Positions 1 to 13,892 of a DNA stretch of 64,000 nt are shown here, piece by piece. Origin of the DNA: the human T2T-CHM13v2.0 reference genome, Homo sapiens. Made by a program: the position numbers and the translations under genes. The stretch lies in NCBI RefSeq assembly GCF_009914755.1, contig NC_060927.1. One strand, 5' to 3'. How positions within the stretch are numbered: position 1 is the first letter of the stretch; every line of letters begins with the position of its first letter. A model generated the notes under the pieces. It was not told where the DNA came from. It saw only the letters and a program-made list of their open reading frames with translations, and did not search any database.

Positions 1-1647
1 CAGCTGTCCAAGGTTATTTGAATCATAGCCATCTTGTGAGAAGACTTCTGCCACATTAAGCCATTTTGGAATCATCTTCAGCCTCGTTAACGACGTAGCA
101 GGGTTAGTTTGGTCACTACCGACCTCCCTTTTTATCAAACTTGCTGTTGAATTGAATCTCTAATTTGGATGAAGTCGGGTGTCTCATCCCCTGGAGTTTA
201 ATTACACACACATTCATTGATTCTGGGCCTGCTCCCTCAGGTCAAGAGCACACAACCACCTCACAGCTTTCTGCAAAGAGGACATGTTGTATAAGTCTAT
301 GCTTGCAGTCTTTGGAGGAAATGATGAAGGTTGGAGAAAGGAAGCAAATAAATACATTTTTTCTAAGTCAATTCAAACTAGAATAAGTCACTGCCACACA
401 TCATCTGCCCCCTCCTCCCCAGGGTCCCCCTTCCCCTGGAGCCTCCATCAGTAAATGAATTTAACCTAATTTGCTGCTCTCTAGGGAGAATGCATTCAAC
501 CACAAGCTTCCCAAGGTGCTTCCGTTCCTGGTACAAAAAGCTGAAAATGTCATCGCATTTGCAAATGAACAGAAACCTCCCACTCAAAGAGCATCAGTGC
601 CACTGTGGCTCACTGAAGCAGCTGGCAGGAGCCTTCCTCTCACTGCCATTGCTTTGTGGTTAGAATAATACACACATAGTCTTTTCATCTAATGACGTTG
701 GCAAGTTTAACTTTCTTTGCAAAAGTAACAATGCTTTGCCTTCAACCAGCAGACTGTTCTCTCTTTCTTTGGAAAGGGCAGAATGGTTTCTATTTACTCC
801 TGATAGGGCCAGTCACCTGCAACCTCTAGACATGTCTTCACTTCAGCTTTACCCCATGCTGTATAAACTCCATAGGTCACAGTGGCTTTGATATTCTTCA
901 GCTATGAAAGTCTGAATTCTAGATTGAGATGCTGGCCCCATCAAGCACATCTTTCTTGGCGTTTTTTATTTGTCAAGGAGGGATGGGCTCAAAGCAGAAT
1001 ACTTTACACCCCTCATGATTTGCAATGACCTAGCTTCAATCTTTTCTCAGATTTAATATTTTCTGAGTAAGGGGCCCTGAACTCTGGCAAGAGGTGGCTT
1101 CTGGGTAAAGGCAGTACAGGAAATCTCCAATTTACTGGGGCTCTTTCCATGATTTTTGAAGCATGAAGGGACCATCATGGTGACTGGTTTACAGCACTGA
1201 CTAATCCAGACTAACCAGTTCATTTTGTCACAGAGAACTCCCAGAGTGTGGCCAAAAGTGTTCGCTAGAGATTCTACCAGAAACTGCACTTACATTGTAT
1301 TGCAAGCTTGCCAAATGTACATCCCAGAAAAGGCTAACACTCAGGACAGCTCATTACATGTTTTCATCTATTCTGCAGGAACTAGGACCACGGAAATGAG
1401 AAACTCTAGTTATAAACTTTACTGACACTTTAAATACAATAGATACACAAGGCTGGGTTAAGTATTATCCTCCATCTAGCAATGGCAATCTGGTTGGTAA
1501 TCGTGCACTAACACTAAGGTAGATGTTCTGAGATACATAAGCTATCCTGCTCAGATATAACACATCGATGCCTTTTACATCAAAACTCACTGAATGAGCT
1601 GTGTAGAGGCCTGTCTACAAGTGCACTCAGTGAATAAAATTACCCCA

Positions 1648-2011
1648 TGCATTACTCAGCTCAAATTGCCATAATAAAATACCACAGACTGGGTGGTTTA
1701 AATTTACACATACTCTGGAGGCTGGCAAGTACAAGATATAGGTACCCGCCAATTTGGTTCCCAGTGAGGGTTCTCTTCCTGGTTTGCAGACAACTGCTCT
1801 CTTGCTATGTCCTCAAATGACTGAGAAAGAGACCTCTGGTGGCTCTTTCTTTCTTATAAGGGCACCAGCCCTATCAGATTAGGGTCCCACCCTTATGACC
1901 TCCTTTAACATTTATAACCTCCTCAGAGGCCTTATCTTCAAATACCATCACTTTGGGGGTTAGGACTTCAACATATGTATTTGGGAGGGGGAACACATTC
2001 AGTCTATAACA
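1648..2011 (-). mobile_element. MLT1A/MLT1A0-like ERVL-MaLR solo LTR
   Basis: TG...CA ends; characteristic segments aaataccacagactgggtggttt, ttataagggcaccagccctatcagattagggtcccacccttatgacc and ttaggacttcaacatatg. Confidence 0.85.
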
Positions 2012-3705
2012 CCCACAAATAGCCAATTATGGGACATAGGACCTCAGGTGCTCTATCATTGAACCTGTGCCGTAATTATGAAATGAACACTCTTCAGAGG
2101 CCTCACTCACAAGTATCTGCCAATTAAGATGTATGTGTGGAGATGCAGGCAATGCTCATTCAGTCACCACCAGGGGCCTACTCTGTTTCATGACCTGTAC
2201 AAGACAATGGGAAGCTAAATAGGATATTGTTTCTACCCTTAAGTATATCACACCATAAGAGAGTTAGGGGACATATAAAATCAGATCATTACAAACACAA
2301 AAAATGGTCTAAGTCTGATGTTAAATGTATACCTACAGTGTTATGAAAATTAACACCTAGGAACATCATCCAGCCTAGTTTATGAGGTGGTGATGAGAAA
2401 AAAAGCTTCCTGGAAGAAGTGATCTTTGAGTCTGATATGATAGTTTTTTGTGATATTTGAGAGTCCAGAAAGGAAGTGTTTCAACCTTCCAACTTTTTCT
2501 CAACTAGGCAAGTGTTTAGAAGCAAGCAAGGAATGACTTCTTCTTCTCTTCTCAGCCTGATCAAATAATCAGCTGAATTAGGACACCTCAATGTATATCA
2601 GGTGGTATATCATATTCTGTTAATATGGTATTACTGCAAATGCCATCCATAACTCAAATTTCACCAAGAAAAGTGATTACTTGGAAGCTTTTATTTTTCC
2701 ATCTTCACTTTTTAAAAAAAACCACAAACCCAAAAGAAATTAATAAGATAAAAGCATGCAAAGCTTAACTTCATTACACTTTGAAATTAAATTGAACTTG
2801 CATGTCCCATAGTCAATTAAAGACACTTTTTTTTCAAACTCTCCTGACAAGGAATTTCCAAAGAGCTTAAGTTGTATTTACTCACTTTGTGGAGTTTTGA
2901 AAACTGGCTCCGACAGAAAAAAAATATGAACAATACCACGGATATGTTTTTAACTTTTTAAGCTATCCCATGAGAGACCAGATATAATCGAGTTAGGAAA
3001 GACACAATTAGCTGGGCAAGGACATTTTCCTGAAGTAAAAATAAACTCATTAAAGGTTAAGCTCTGGGCAGCATCATTAAGACCAAGGCAAGGAACAGAG
3101 CTGTGATACTAAATATTACCACTATTATAATCTCATTTAAGACGTGGCACCCAAGGAATTGGGTTAGGCTCAGAATCCTCCTTCACGGGCCTGCAAGAGT
3201 GTATTTCATTTCATCTCACTGAGCCTACCCTATGGGCAAGAGTGGTTCACAGAATTAGGACTATGCTGGAAAAGATAATTATTTTCTACCTACTCTGGTG
3301 TTGTGTTTTGTCTTTAATTTTGTTTTTTAAAATTTTGTTGTTACCCCCAGTCTCTGAATTTAACTATTAAATAAACTGAAGTAATATTCTTTCACGACCT
3401 CCTCCCTTTCCTACATTCCTCAGCAACCCTGAATGAGGCTCTATCACTAAATTTGGGGCCACATACAATCACTGTTTTAAATAGAAGCCTGGATCCCCTT
3501 CAGCCACTGCAATCACTCACTGGTAAAACATACCCAGCATGACAATTCAGTGGCCTCCATGTGCAGATTATCCTAGGGTTAGTAACGAAGTGGCCAATGC
3601 CAGCAGTTAGAGTTATTGCTGTCTCTATCATCAAAGAACAAGTGTAATAAAGCAGTCTTTAGTTTCCGAGATCCTTAAACATCAGGTGGATTGTTTTTTG
3701 TTGGT

Positions 3706-3722
3706 GCGTGTGTGTGTGTGTG

Positions 3723-3756
<34 letters not shown>
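3706..3756. repeat. (TG)n microsatellite, interrupted
   Basis: Directly visible alternating TG tract. Confidence 0.97.
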
Positions 3757-3758
<2 letters not shown>

Positions 3759-3785
3759 TTCATACATCTCTTTCTCCCACAAACC

Positions 3786-4035
3786 TTTTCTTTTTCTTTT
3801 TAATTTTAGATTCAGAGGGTACATATGCAGGTTTGTTACATGGGTATATTGTGTGATGCTGAGGTTTGGGCTTCTAATGATCCTGTCACCCAAGTAATGA
3901 ACATAATACCAGATAGGTAGTTTTTAAACACTTGTCCCCCTCCTCTGTTTTGTAATTCTCAGTGTTTATTGTTGCCATCTTTGTGTCTGTACCTATCCAA
4001 TGTGTACCTCCCACTTATAAGTGAGAATATGTGAT
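3786..4035 (-). mobile_element. 5'-truncated L1 3' end (old L1PA/L1PB-like)
   Basis: T-rich tail, then gggtacatatgcaggtttgttacatgggtatattg...cccacttataagtgagaatatg; flanked by approximate TSD aaaccttt(t)c at ~3781 and ~4042. Confidence 0.88.
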
Positions 4036-4129
4036 GCCTGAAAACCTTTCCTAACCATGCCAAGAGAGTTTGTGCCCCTATTTAACTACTGAGATTGTGT
4101 TGCAGTTCTCCTAACACCTAATAATACAG

Positions 4130-4280
4130 ACCTGTTTGCAGGTCTCCTACCATTATCACATGACAAGCTTCTTGAAGACAGCTTAGAAACCTATATATTC
4201 TTAGCTCCTTGCAAGTGCATAACACTAGAGTAACTGCTCACCAAATATTTACTGATGACTAGATGGACGGATAAATGGCC
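4130..4280 (+). mobile_element. L2 3' end relic
   Basis: aagcttcttgaagacag...ctcaccaaatatttactgatga resembles the L2 3' terminus. Confidence 0.55.
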
Positions 4281-5132
4281 ATCTGAGCCATTGGATCTGA
4301 GCTATTACTTGCCAAAATATTTAACGGGTGAGAAAAGTAGGGACTCTCTCAATTCTGTTTAGTGCAGTAACTTTTGTGGGAAGAATAGCCCTGCATGAGG
4401 CCCTCCTACTGCTCCTGATGTTGTCCATGTGCAGGCTGGGGAAGCCAGGGTGGAGATCATTCAAAAAAAGGAATATTGGGGTTATAATTTTGGAGGCTTT
4501 GAATGTCATCCTAAGGGTGTGGCCTTAATTCCATGGTGAAGGTTTGGAATAAGCAAGTGACACGATTAGATATATACTCCTTGGGACCTACTTTGGTAGC
4601 AATGGAAGAAGGCCAGGCCAAAAGCAGACATGCCTAACAGGCAACTTCTTAATTTTCTAAGAGAAACACTAAGAAGGCTTCAGTGTGGGTGAAAAGAAGG
4701 GCATGGGATTGGGAACTATTTTAGAGGTAAATGCATCAGATCATCATAGCAAAAATTCATCTAGAAAAATTTTCAAATGTCTCCCATATGGGTTGTAAAG
4801 AAAAAGGTAGAGATGAGAAAAAGGACAGAGCTTAAAATACAAGTAGGGACTTATGTCTAGTAGAGTAAGTATCCAGAACCCTGGATTGTGGTACATAAAT
4901 ATATATTTTCTCAGATGATACTCATGGGTAGCCTCCATCATTTTTTCAAAGGGCCTTGGAGAAATAAACTGCTTCTATTAGTAATGCCCACAGCAGGCCA
5001 ATCAATCAGTACTCAGACAGTACCTGGAATTTTCTAAAAAGCTTATGCTGCTTTCCAGATTGAAATAGGGTCCGCTTTGTTTTTGCACTTTATTGCATTT
5101 CCCAATAAAATTCTGTCTAGTCACTGGAAACC

Positions 5133-5217
5133 ATACATATATATATATATGTACCATATATATATATGTACCATATATATATATATGGTACATATATATA
5201 TAGGTACATATATATGT

Positions 5218-5290
<73 letters not shown>
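5133..5290. repeat. Compound (TA)n/GTAC/(TG)n/(TA)n microsatellite
   Basis: Directly visible. Confidence 0.97.
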
Positions 5291-5294
<4 letters not shown>

Positions 5295-5696
5295 CACTGC
5301 TGAAGAGTTGAATCTATACGATTAGGGTAAAAAAAAAGTTGCCTTGTGACCTTAAATAGAAACAATAGTAGAATCAAAATCAGGTGTCCTAAAGGTCTCT
5401 GCCAAAGTAATATGTCAGTCAATAAAAGAGAAATCGGGCAGGTTGGAGAGGTATGGGTCGTTACTTATTATCAAAGACATGACTCAACTGTGGGTTAGTG
5501 CTTTCCAAAACTGGGCATTATAGTGCAAAATATTCCAGAGTATAAACTGTAGTGTACTCAAGTAGTATTTTCTCAGGCTTCTGAGTGCTGATAAGTATTC
5601 AGTAAATGCTCAACTTCAGGACTCAGTCCAGGTACATTGCCTAGTGGCAATGCCTCCAAGCCGCGCTAGGATTTGAAAAGAACTAAGCCAAATGCC

Positions 5697-5721
5697 AAAA
5701 AAAAAAAAAAAAAAAAAAAAA
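5697..5721. repeat. Poly(A) tract
   Basis: Directly visible A run with no recognisable Alu or L1 body upstream. Confidence 0.95.
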
Positions 5722-6929
5722 GAATGTAGACAGGGACACTGCTAGGGTAATAGTAGTAATAATAAAATGGTTTTAATCAGATGGACTGATCTTTCAGGTC
5801 TAGGAAATAGGGTGGGGGAAGTTCAGGGGAAAGATAAATTCAGGGTCGGTTTCATAAATCAGGCTATGCATCTAAAGTAAGAGAGAAAGGTTAATGCAGA
5901 ACATGACCAGAAGGACTTTGGTGAGAATCAGGTTCTGGTCACCTGATCAAAGTAGAGTGCAAGACTTCCTTTCCAACGGGCACCAGAGATTTGAGGCCGT
6001 AGAAATATGGGAGAGAACAGGGAATGGACTAAGTGAGTAAGTCAACCACATCTACTCCTTGTCCAGTCTCTTATGTCACTGTTCTGCGGTTATACTAGTA
6101 GAGCATTTCCTCATCTGGGAAGTCTGCAACTTAAAGTCTGTGGGAAATGTTCAGTTTATTCTAACAAGGTAATTCATACAGAAAAGGGTCAAGAAAACTG
6201 GGAACTATCATTCAAAAGCCTCAGACCTCTGCTCTGGGTATAGAACAGTAGACTATTACAAACTCTTCTGGTTTGCACAGAAGAAAAATGTTGACAAATT
6301 GCCCAGCTGCATTTTCTGTGTTATAAAATTGAAGTAGGGGGAGGCAGTCAGCAGATGCTGGCTATACATTGCACTTAGCCTGGGATGGGGTCAGGACAGC
6401 ACGGACAGACACTGTTTAATGGAAAGACCTATGTCACAATGCACTGAATTTCTCACAGCAAGGCTGTAAATGACATCAAAATACAGACATCTAAGCTGAG
6501 ACCCTTAGCATCATCCTCAAAGCACAAAATGTTCACGGAGGGAAACCCTGGAATCTCCCCCTGAAAACCTGTTAATGTGGCTGAGAGCTCAAAACTGAAT
6601 CATTGAAAACAGTATATTTTATGGACATAGAGAAAGATGCTGCTTTTCTCCTGACAATCTTCAAAGAGGGACCAGGTCATGATAAAGCAAAGCTGAAAGT
6701 CACTGCAGAGCAGGTCAGCAACCCACAGAGACAATCTTCCCTAAATTGGCACTTTAATGCCTTGGGTTTTAGCATTCTGGCCTCAGATGGAAAACCTGTA
6801 TGGACTCAGGACTGGAATTAGAAAATTTTAAGGTTAGTTTGTTGGAGGATTTTCTAAGTTATCTATCCAATTCAGTTTCCAGGGAGGTAGTGAAAGGTTA
6901 CAAAAATAAATAAAAAGACGAAGAAGAAA

Positions 6930-7150
6930 TGCTTTGAAGCCAGAAATGTTTGAATTCAAATCCTGGCTCTACCATTAGCCAGGTGGATAACCTTGGAATT
7001 CGACAAATTACATAATGTCCTAGAGGGATGAATTTTCATTTGAGTATGGTTATGATTGCACCCACATCTGTGAGGATGACATGAGATGTTGCCAGTATCA
7101 TATTTAGCACAGTGCCTGGCATATAGCAGAAAACAGGAAATGCTAACTCT
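6930..7150 (+). mobile_element. MIR relic
   Basis: ttcaaatcctggctctaccatt core and agcacagtgcctggcatatag 3' motif. Confidence 0.7.
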
Positions 7151-8349
7151 CTTCCCTTTCTCTGTCCAGCTTTCTAATACAGTCAGTCCTACTCATTTAG
7201 TTTGTTATCTCTTTCTAGAGAACAAAAGCAAAAGGAAGTTTTGCTGCTAACTGTCTCTATCAAGTTTTTCTACATTGAAGACAAACTGTGTATGTGATTT
7301 GTTCTCCTCAAATGAGATATTCAGGTAAGAATACTCTGAAGGCATAGACATCTGGGACTCTCTCCTGAGTAAAGAATTTAAAATATGAGGACAACTCTAT
7401 CTGTTCAAAAGATATTTTAAAATGTTGTTAGGCACCTACTTTGTGCCAGGCACTGTTCTAGCCACTGAAAACCCATACTTTAGACAACTCTCTGCCCTTG
7501 TGAAGCTCATACCCAAGCTGAGGAGAACATGCTGTGCTCAGAAATGTTTATTGCAGCACTATTTGTAAACATAAGGAACTAGTGACAATATTAGTATTTA
7601 ACAACGGGGAAATGGTTAAGTAAATTACGTACCTCTAATTGCTGGAACATTAAGCAGTGATCAAAATGGTGGTCAGGAAGAGTGGAAAACCGTAAAGACT
7701 AATCTCTTACTAAATGAGAAATTAAAGTTCTTATTAAGGTTTGACTCCATCTCTGAGCATCTGAGTTTATAAAGTCTAGTTACAAGCACAATAAATCAAT
7801 ACATCTTAATTATTTTTCTCACCTTATCTCTTGTGTGCCTATAAATATCTAGAGTCAATTAGTCTCTCTCTCTCCCTCTCTAATACACACAAATCATTAT
7901 TGATTAATCCATCCCATCAGAGTTAAAGGGGTTAGTTGAAATTCTCTTTTACCACTGAACATTTGTGATTCTCTGATTCAACTATCAGGTAGAAGTTCTG
8001 AAACTTTTCTCCTCCCTATTCATTCACACTGGTTTAATCATTACCAACCTGTATATCTCGGTGGAACTCAGTTTGTCTGCTATAAGCAGAACCCGTATGA
8101 TTTCAGACACAAGAAATTGGGACACTACAGGGAAAATGTTAATGTCAAGCAGCTGGCAAGTATTAAAAAATACAAATTATAAATATCTATAGAATATGTG
8201 AACTACTCACAAACCTAGTTATATCTTCCCGAGGTATGACTCGAGCCTTGTGAATAAATGCCTAGAATCCAGCTGTTTTTACTTCATATCAGACTGCTTT
8301 ATATAACCTGATCTGTAGGACTAGCACAATAATAAACCAAAACAAGGGC

Positions 8350-8825
8350 TAAATGATCACAAAAATGGTTTTCTTTTACCTTTTCCTGTGTTCTACATCC
8401 TTTACAATGTGACTTTCAATTCATCTGCTGAAAAAGTATCGTGTATTTCCCCATCCCTTGTATTGGGCTGGCCTTGTAACTTGCTTCAGCCAATGGGATG
8501 TGGTAGAAGTGGCAGCGTGCCTGTTCTAAACCAAGGCCAGAAGAGGCTTAAATGCTTCTGCTCTTTCTCTTGGAACTATTCCACTGCCATGTGACTAAGC
8601 TCAGGCTAACCTGATAGAGAACAAGTGACATGTGGCCCAGTCTTCCCATTTGCCCTTGTCATCAGCGAGGCCTTATCTGCAGTTGGGCACAGACACATGA
8701 GAAAGTCCATCTGAGACCAGAATAACTGCCCAACTAAGCACAGCATAAATTGCTGACTCACATAATAGTGAGTTAAAGAAATGGTGTTTTTAAGCCACTA
8801 GGTTTTGAATGGTTTATTATTTAAG
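8350..8825 (+). mobile_element. MLT1 (F/G/H-like) MaLR LTR
   Basis: gggctggccttgtaacttgcttcagccaatggg...ttttaagccactaggttttg motifs typical of old MLT1 LTRs. Confidence 0.75.
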
Positions 8826-9245
8826 GGAAATAGTCACAAGCAGACTAAATTCCAAAATGAGCACTATCCTGAGTACTCCCAGATTCATTTGCCTTGAGTC
8901 AAACCAACAGAATTCTTATTGCCCATTCTGTGATTTTTCTCTCCTCATTCCCATCCAATCAGCCCATGTATGAATCATACACTACCTGCTGCAAAACTGA
9001 AAGATGTGTTTTTCCCTGGGAAGGCCATCGCTTGCTCTCCTTGGTGCCCTGGAAAGATACATTATTTTGGATAGCTAGTGTAAAGTACAATTTTGCAGAT
9101 GTATGAGATAGGGAGCTCTCGTGCTTCCCATGTTTGTGGCAAGATAAAGAGATGGATGGAAAAATTTAGTATCAGTGAAACCACAAGCCAGTGATTTCAA
9201 CAATTTTGACACTTCGAATTCAGGGTTGTTTTTGGTCCAATGTGC

Positions 9246-9795
9246 TGTTCTAGTTATACCTGTCTACAAAACAACAAATTTAAAGGTATTAAACAAATTC
9301 GATCCTCATTTATTATTATCTCATACAGTCTGGGTATTGGGTAGGCTCAGCTAAATGATTCTCACTCAGAGTCTCTCATGAAGTTGCAACTAGACATTAA
9401 CAGGGACTGGAGTCATCTTGAAGACTGCCTCCCTCACATGTCTGCTGGGTGATGCCGGCTGTCAGCCAGAACACCTATAAAAATGGTTTCTTCATGTAAC
9501 CTGGGATTCCTCACAGCTGGGTGTGAGATGGTAGTGACTGGGTACCAAAAGCAAGTGTTCTAAGACAGATCTAGGGAGAAGGTGCAGCTCTTTCATTGCC
9601 TCACGAGTTATATAGTGACACTTCCACTGTGCCCTACTGGTTGAGGCAGTCACAAAGATATGCCCAAGTCCAGGAAAAAGAGAAATAGACTCTGCCTGTC
9701 ATATCTATGAATGTGGAAAGGTCACATTTTAAGAGGAGCATGTGGAATAAAATGTATTATTGCAGCCTTCTTTGGGAAATAAAATCTTCCAGATG
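9246..9795 (-). mobile_element. Old MLT1 (J/K-like) MaLR LTR
   Basis: tgttctagttat start; aggctcagct, ggagtcatcttgaagactg, cacttccactg and gcagtcacaaag motifs. Confidence 0.65.
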
Positions 9796-10090
9796 TACAT
9801 ATAAATAATCGGAAATCATGAAATTCCAGTCATTTTACTTTTATTAACATGCAGCTAGAACCATGCTAGTGAATAACTTAGATATTAGATACTGTGCAGC
9901 CATATTCAGGCAGGTCTTAAATATAACTGGATGCTTGAAACTTTATCTGAGTCTTCCTAAAAGTATCTGGGAAGTTAAGGAGAACGTTTTTGTTGGCTGG
10001 AAGCCATCCTTCCTCATACAACTAAATGATATTTAATTTAAAATATGAACTTTACCTTAAATATTAATTAGAACCTAAAATTAAAATATT

Positions 10091-10496
<406 letters not shown>

Positions 10497-11199
10497 TTAA
10501 AAATATCTCTTAGGCACTTTTAGAAGCCACAAACTACAACAAAGCTATTCCCTCATTTTCTTGCTCTGGTTTCTAACATGTGGTCACTCCATGTCCCTTG
10601 CCTCTGGAGAACGAGGTGGTAGCATGAAAGGAAGAATGAATGTCACAAAAGTCTTCCTGGATTTGTTTCGAAAAACCTAACATCCATTCTGAGAGACGGT
10701 TAAGAAGGGAGGAAGTTTGTAGTTTTCACAGTTCCCCAAATTGCTTAAACAGAGACAGGAGGTAAAGTGAAGCTTCTCTTATTCACACTAGAGGTTTACC
10801 AGGATTAGGAGAAAGAGATAAGAGAAAGAGAAAGGTATGCATAACACCAGGACAAGGGACCTGCATTTGTGTTAAGGCCATAAATTATTAGGAAATTCAG
10901 AGTTTAGAGATCAGGAACCAGTATTCTATGCTGCCAGTGCCTGGCGGGGGTGGTGATGAAGGGAAGGGGACACAGTGACCCTCTAGAGGGAAAAGAGTAT
11001 GATGGGTGTCAGTGTAGGTATCAGGGAAAGGGACACTTGAACAGAAGTTTCCTTGCCCCAAGCCAGACACTGAAGCACCACAAAGTCACACGTGCCTTTG
11101 TTCAGGGCAAAGGGCATCTCACAGGCAAATTTATAGTTTTGGGTTTTAAAAATTGTTTCTAAAAAGGTATCATATCGCATATATAATTTTATACTTTTT

Positions 11200-11590
11200 A
11201 AAAAACATTTTGCTTTGGAGATACTTAGGTCATTATATACAGATCTACTCTATTATACCTGTTGCATGTTATTTCACAGTGTATGCATGAACTAGGGTCT
11301 ATTCTCTTATTAATGGACATCTATTTTTTCCTCAATTTTTCTCTAAAACAATGTAGTAGTGAATGTCCTAGTGTTAACCTCCATGTAAACATGTACATTT
11401 ATTTCTCTAGGTTAAAAAAAGAAAAGTGAAATCCCTGGGTCATAGGGGAATACACTTTTAAAATATACAATTCAGTTAGGCCTAATTATCCTCTGAAATG
11501 AGCATGGCCATTAATATCTTAATCTGAAAAATATGAGGTAAATTATTTCCCCACGTTCTCACCTGTATATTTATTATTTTAAAATATATT
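11200..11590 (-). mobile_element. Old L1 (L1ME-like) fragment
   Basis: taatggacat...aaacaatgtagtagtgaatgtcc...atttctctagg...ctgggtcataggg resemble antisense L1 ORF2 3' region. Confidence 0.6.
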
Positions 11591-11689
11591 TTTTAAAATG
11601 AACATGTATTTTAAAAGCAAAAGAAATAGTAGAAAATGTTCAAATATATTCTCCATGATAGCAAGAATATTGCCCGTCTTATTTTTATA

Positions 11690-11765
11690 TAATTAGAACA
11701 GTGCCTGGTACATAATAGAAGATATTTAATCGTTATTAGTTGAATGAATGAATGAATGAATGACA
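11690..11765 (+). mobile_element. L2 3' terminus
   Basis: cagtgcctggtacataatag followed by (TGAA)n tail. Confidence 0.75.
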
Positions 11766-11799
11766 AAGGCAAATGGAAGGAGGCATTGAGAAAAACTCT

Positions 11800-12352
11800 C
11801 TGGCATGAAGCATAAGGTAATGCTAGAGGACTTTGAAGCCAGTGTTGAACTGAAAGTAACCATAGCAGCAACACTGAAACTCAGCTCAGCTCCTGGCTAG
11901 TTTGACTCAAGTCCCCACACTAACAGCAGAGCAATTTAAGAGGCATGTCCACTTTCAGGTATAAGGACTCTACCCCAGAGTCTACTGTCCTAAACGGAAT
12001 GTCCATCATTCAATCAGAAATTACAAAACACACAAAAATGCAAGAAAAAATCCCACTCACTGTTAAGAGACAAATTAATTAACAGAATTAGACTGAAAAA
12101 TGGCTCAATGTTAGAACTCTCAGACAGAGGATTTAAAATAACAATTGACTGATATTTTAAGGCTCTAGTGGAAAAAGTGGGCAACATGCATAAAAGAAGA
12201 ATTTATAGGAACTATAAGAAAAAGTCAAATGGAAATCTTATAAATAAAAACCACAGTCACTATAATGAGGAAATACTTTGATAAGGTGTCAGTGAACTCA
12301 AAAATCAATCAATAGAAACTACTCAAACTAAAACTCAAAGAGAAAAAAAAAG
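11800..12352 (+). mobile_element. Old L1M 5'/ORF1 fragment
   Basis: atgttagaactctcagacagaggatttaaaataac...ctctagtggaaaaagtgggcaacatgca resembles L1M ORF1 coiled-coil DNA. Confidence 0.65.
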
Positions 12353-12871
12353 ATGGGAGATAATTATTTTTTAAGAATTGGTCATCAAAATGTAGCAACA
12401 AGTTTGCCTTATCCTATATCATTTGAATTTTCAAAAAATAAGCTCATTATACAATCTTTAAAATATTTTGAATAGAACTGTTTCATGTGTTATTTGTGAA
12501 AATTAGGGAAAAAGCAGTAAAGAAACATTCTGTGAGAAAACCTATCTAATAAACTCAGTATTGAGGTTCTTAGAATATAGAAAAAGAAATGTGGCAATTT
12601 GCCAGTTTTCATTATAAAATGGAAAAGAATAAAATTATTCTTTGCCCATTTACAGAAGAATTTATTGTATTGAAAGGGATTTTTGTAAACGGTAAACTAA
12701 GCACTGTAATATAAGCTAGTAATTTTCCAGAAGATACTTCACCCAAAAGCATCAGAATGGACGGAACATGTATCTTTGGTAAAAGTAGCCTGTGGTTTTT
12801 CTAATGATACAGAACATCTCTTTGGAGAGTGTAGACATATATGCTTGTGTAAGTGCGTGCATGTGTGCGGG

Positions 12872-13327
12872 TACACCTGTGAATATGTTAGTTACATAGC
12901 AAAGGGGAACTAAAGTTGCAGATGGAAATTAGGCTGCTAATCAGCTGAACTTAATATAGGGAGATTATCTTAAATTATCCTGGTGGGTCCAATGTAATCA
13001 CTAGTTCTAAAAAGTAGAAGAGAGAAGCTGAAGAGTAGGTCAGAGTGATGTGATATGAGAACAACCCAACCCATCATTACTGGTTTAAGGATGAGGCAAT
13101 AGAGTTATAAACCAAGACATGCAGGTGACCTCTAAGAAATGGAAAAGATGAGAAGATGAATTCTCCCTTAGATCCTCCAGAGGGAACACAGCTCTGTTAA
13201 CACCTTGATTTTAGCCAGTGAGATCTGTCAGACTTAAAACACACAGAATGTAAGATAATAAATTTGTGTTGCTTCAAGCCACTGAATTTGCAGTAATTTG
13301 TTATAACAAGCAAGAGAAAGTGAATAC
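12872..13327 (+). mobile_element. MLT1D MaLR LTR
   Basis: cctgtgaatatgtta...gttgcagatggaaattaggctgctaatcagctga...agataataaatttgtgttgcttcaagccactg. Confidence 0.88.
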
Positions 13328-13769
13328 CCCTTCCCGCTTTATACACAAAGCTTTAATAAATACCCAGAAAAAGTGAGGTCAAAATATGAAGGCTCAAACA
13401 CAACTGTGTGGTAATAAATATTAGATAAGATTGACAATTGAAATACACCTGGGTTAATGAAAACCAGTGGAATATATGCTAATAGGAAATCAAATGTGGA
13501 CAAACAAATCATAAGCTTCAATGTTTATTTAATATGAATGAGAAAAGGTAATATCACCTGATAGGTTATTGTAGAGATTTGCAAATGTAACACAAAAAGG
13601 TAATAAATATTTCCAAGGGGACCAGGCTAAAAAAGCTGACAGTATTTCTTAAGGGTCATCAATTATCTGAAGTAGGTTTAAGTAATCAGGATATTAGACT
13701 TTATCCTTGCAATAGACAAAAATCTTCTTTTGCAATACACAAGAAAAAGAATTGAAAAGGAGTCATGGA

Positions 13770-13865
13770 AAGGAAGAAAAGAGTGGAAGGAAGAGAATAA
13801 GGAGGTAGAAAAGGAAGAGAAGAATCAAGAAGAGGAGGACGAGGAGGAGGAGAAAGAAGTAGAGA
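13770..13865. repeat. GA-rich low-complexity tract
   Basis: Polypurine run directly visible. Confidence 0.8.
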
Positions 13866-13892
13866 ACTCATAAACATATAATGATATTAATG

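Noticed and set aside
2165-2182. CTCF-like caccaccaggggccta (also tgccccctcctcc near 406)
   Set aside because: Only partial match to the core; cannot be supported without PWM scoring or ChIP data
5720-6060. Purine-rich segment that may be an ancient LTR (similarly ~51370-52200)
   Set aside because: Could not match to a family with any confidence, so not annotated
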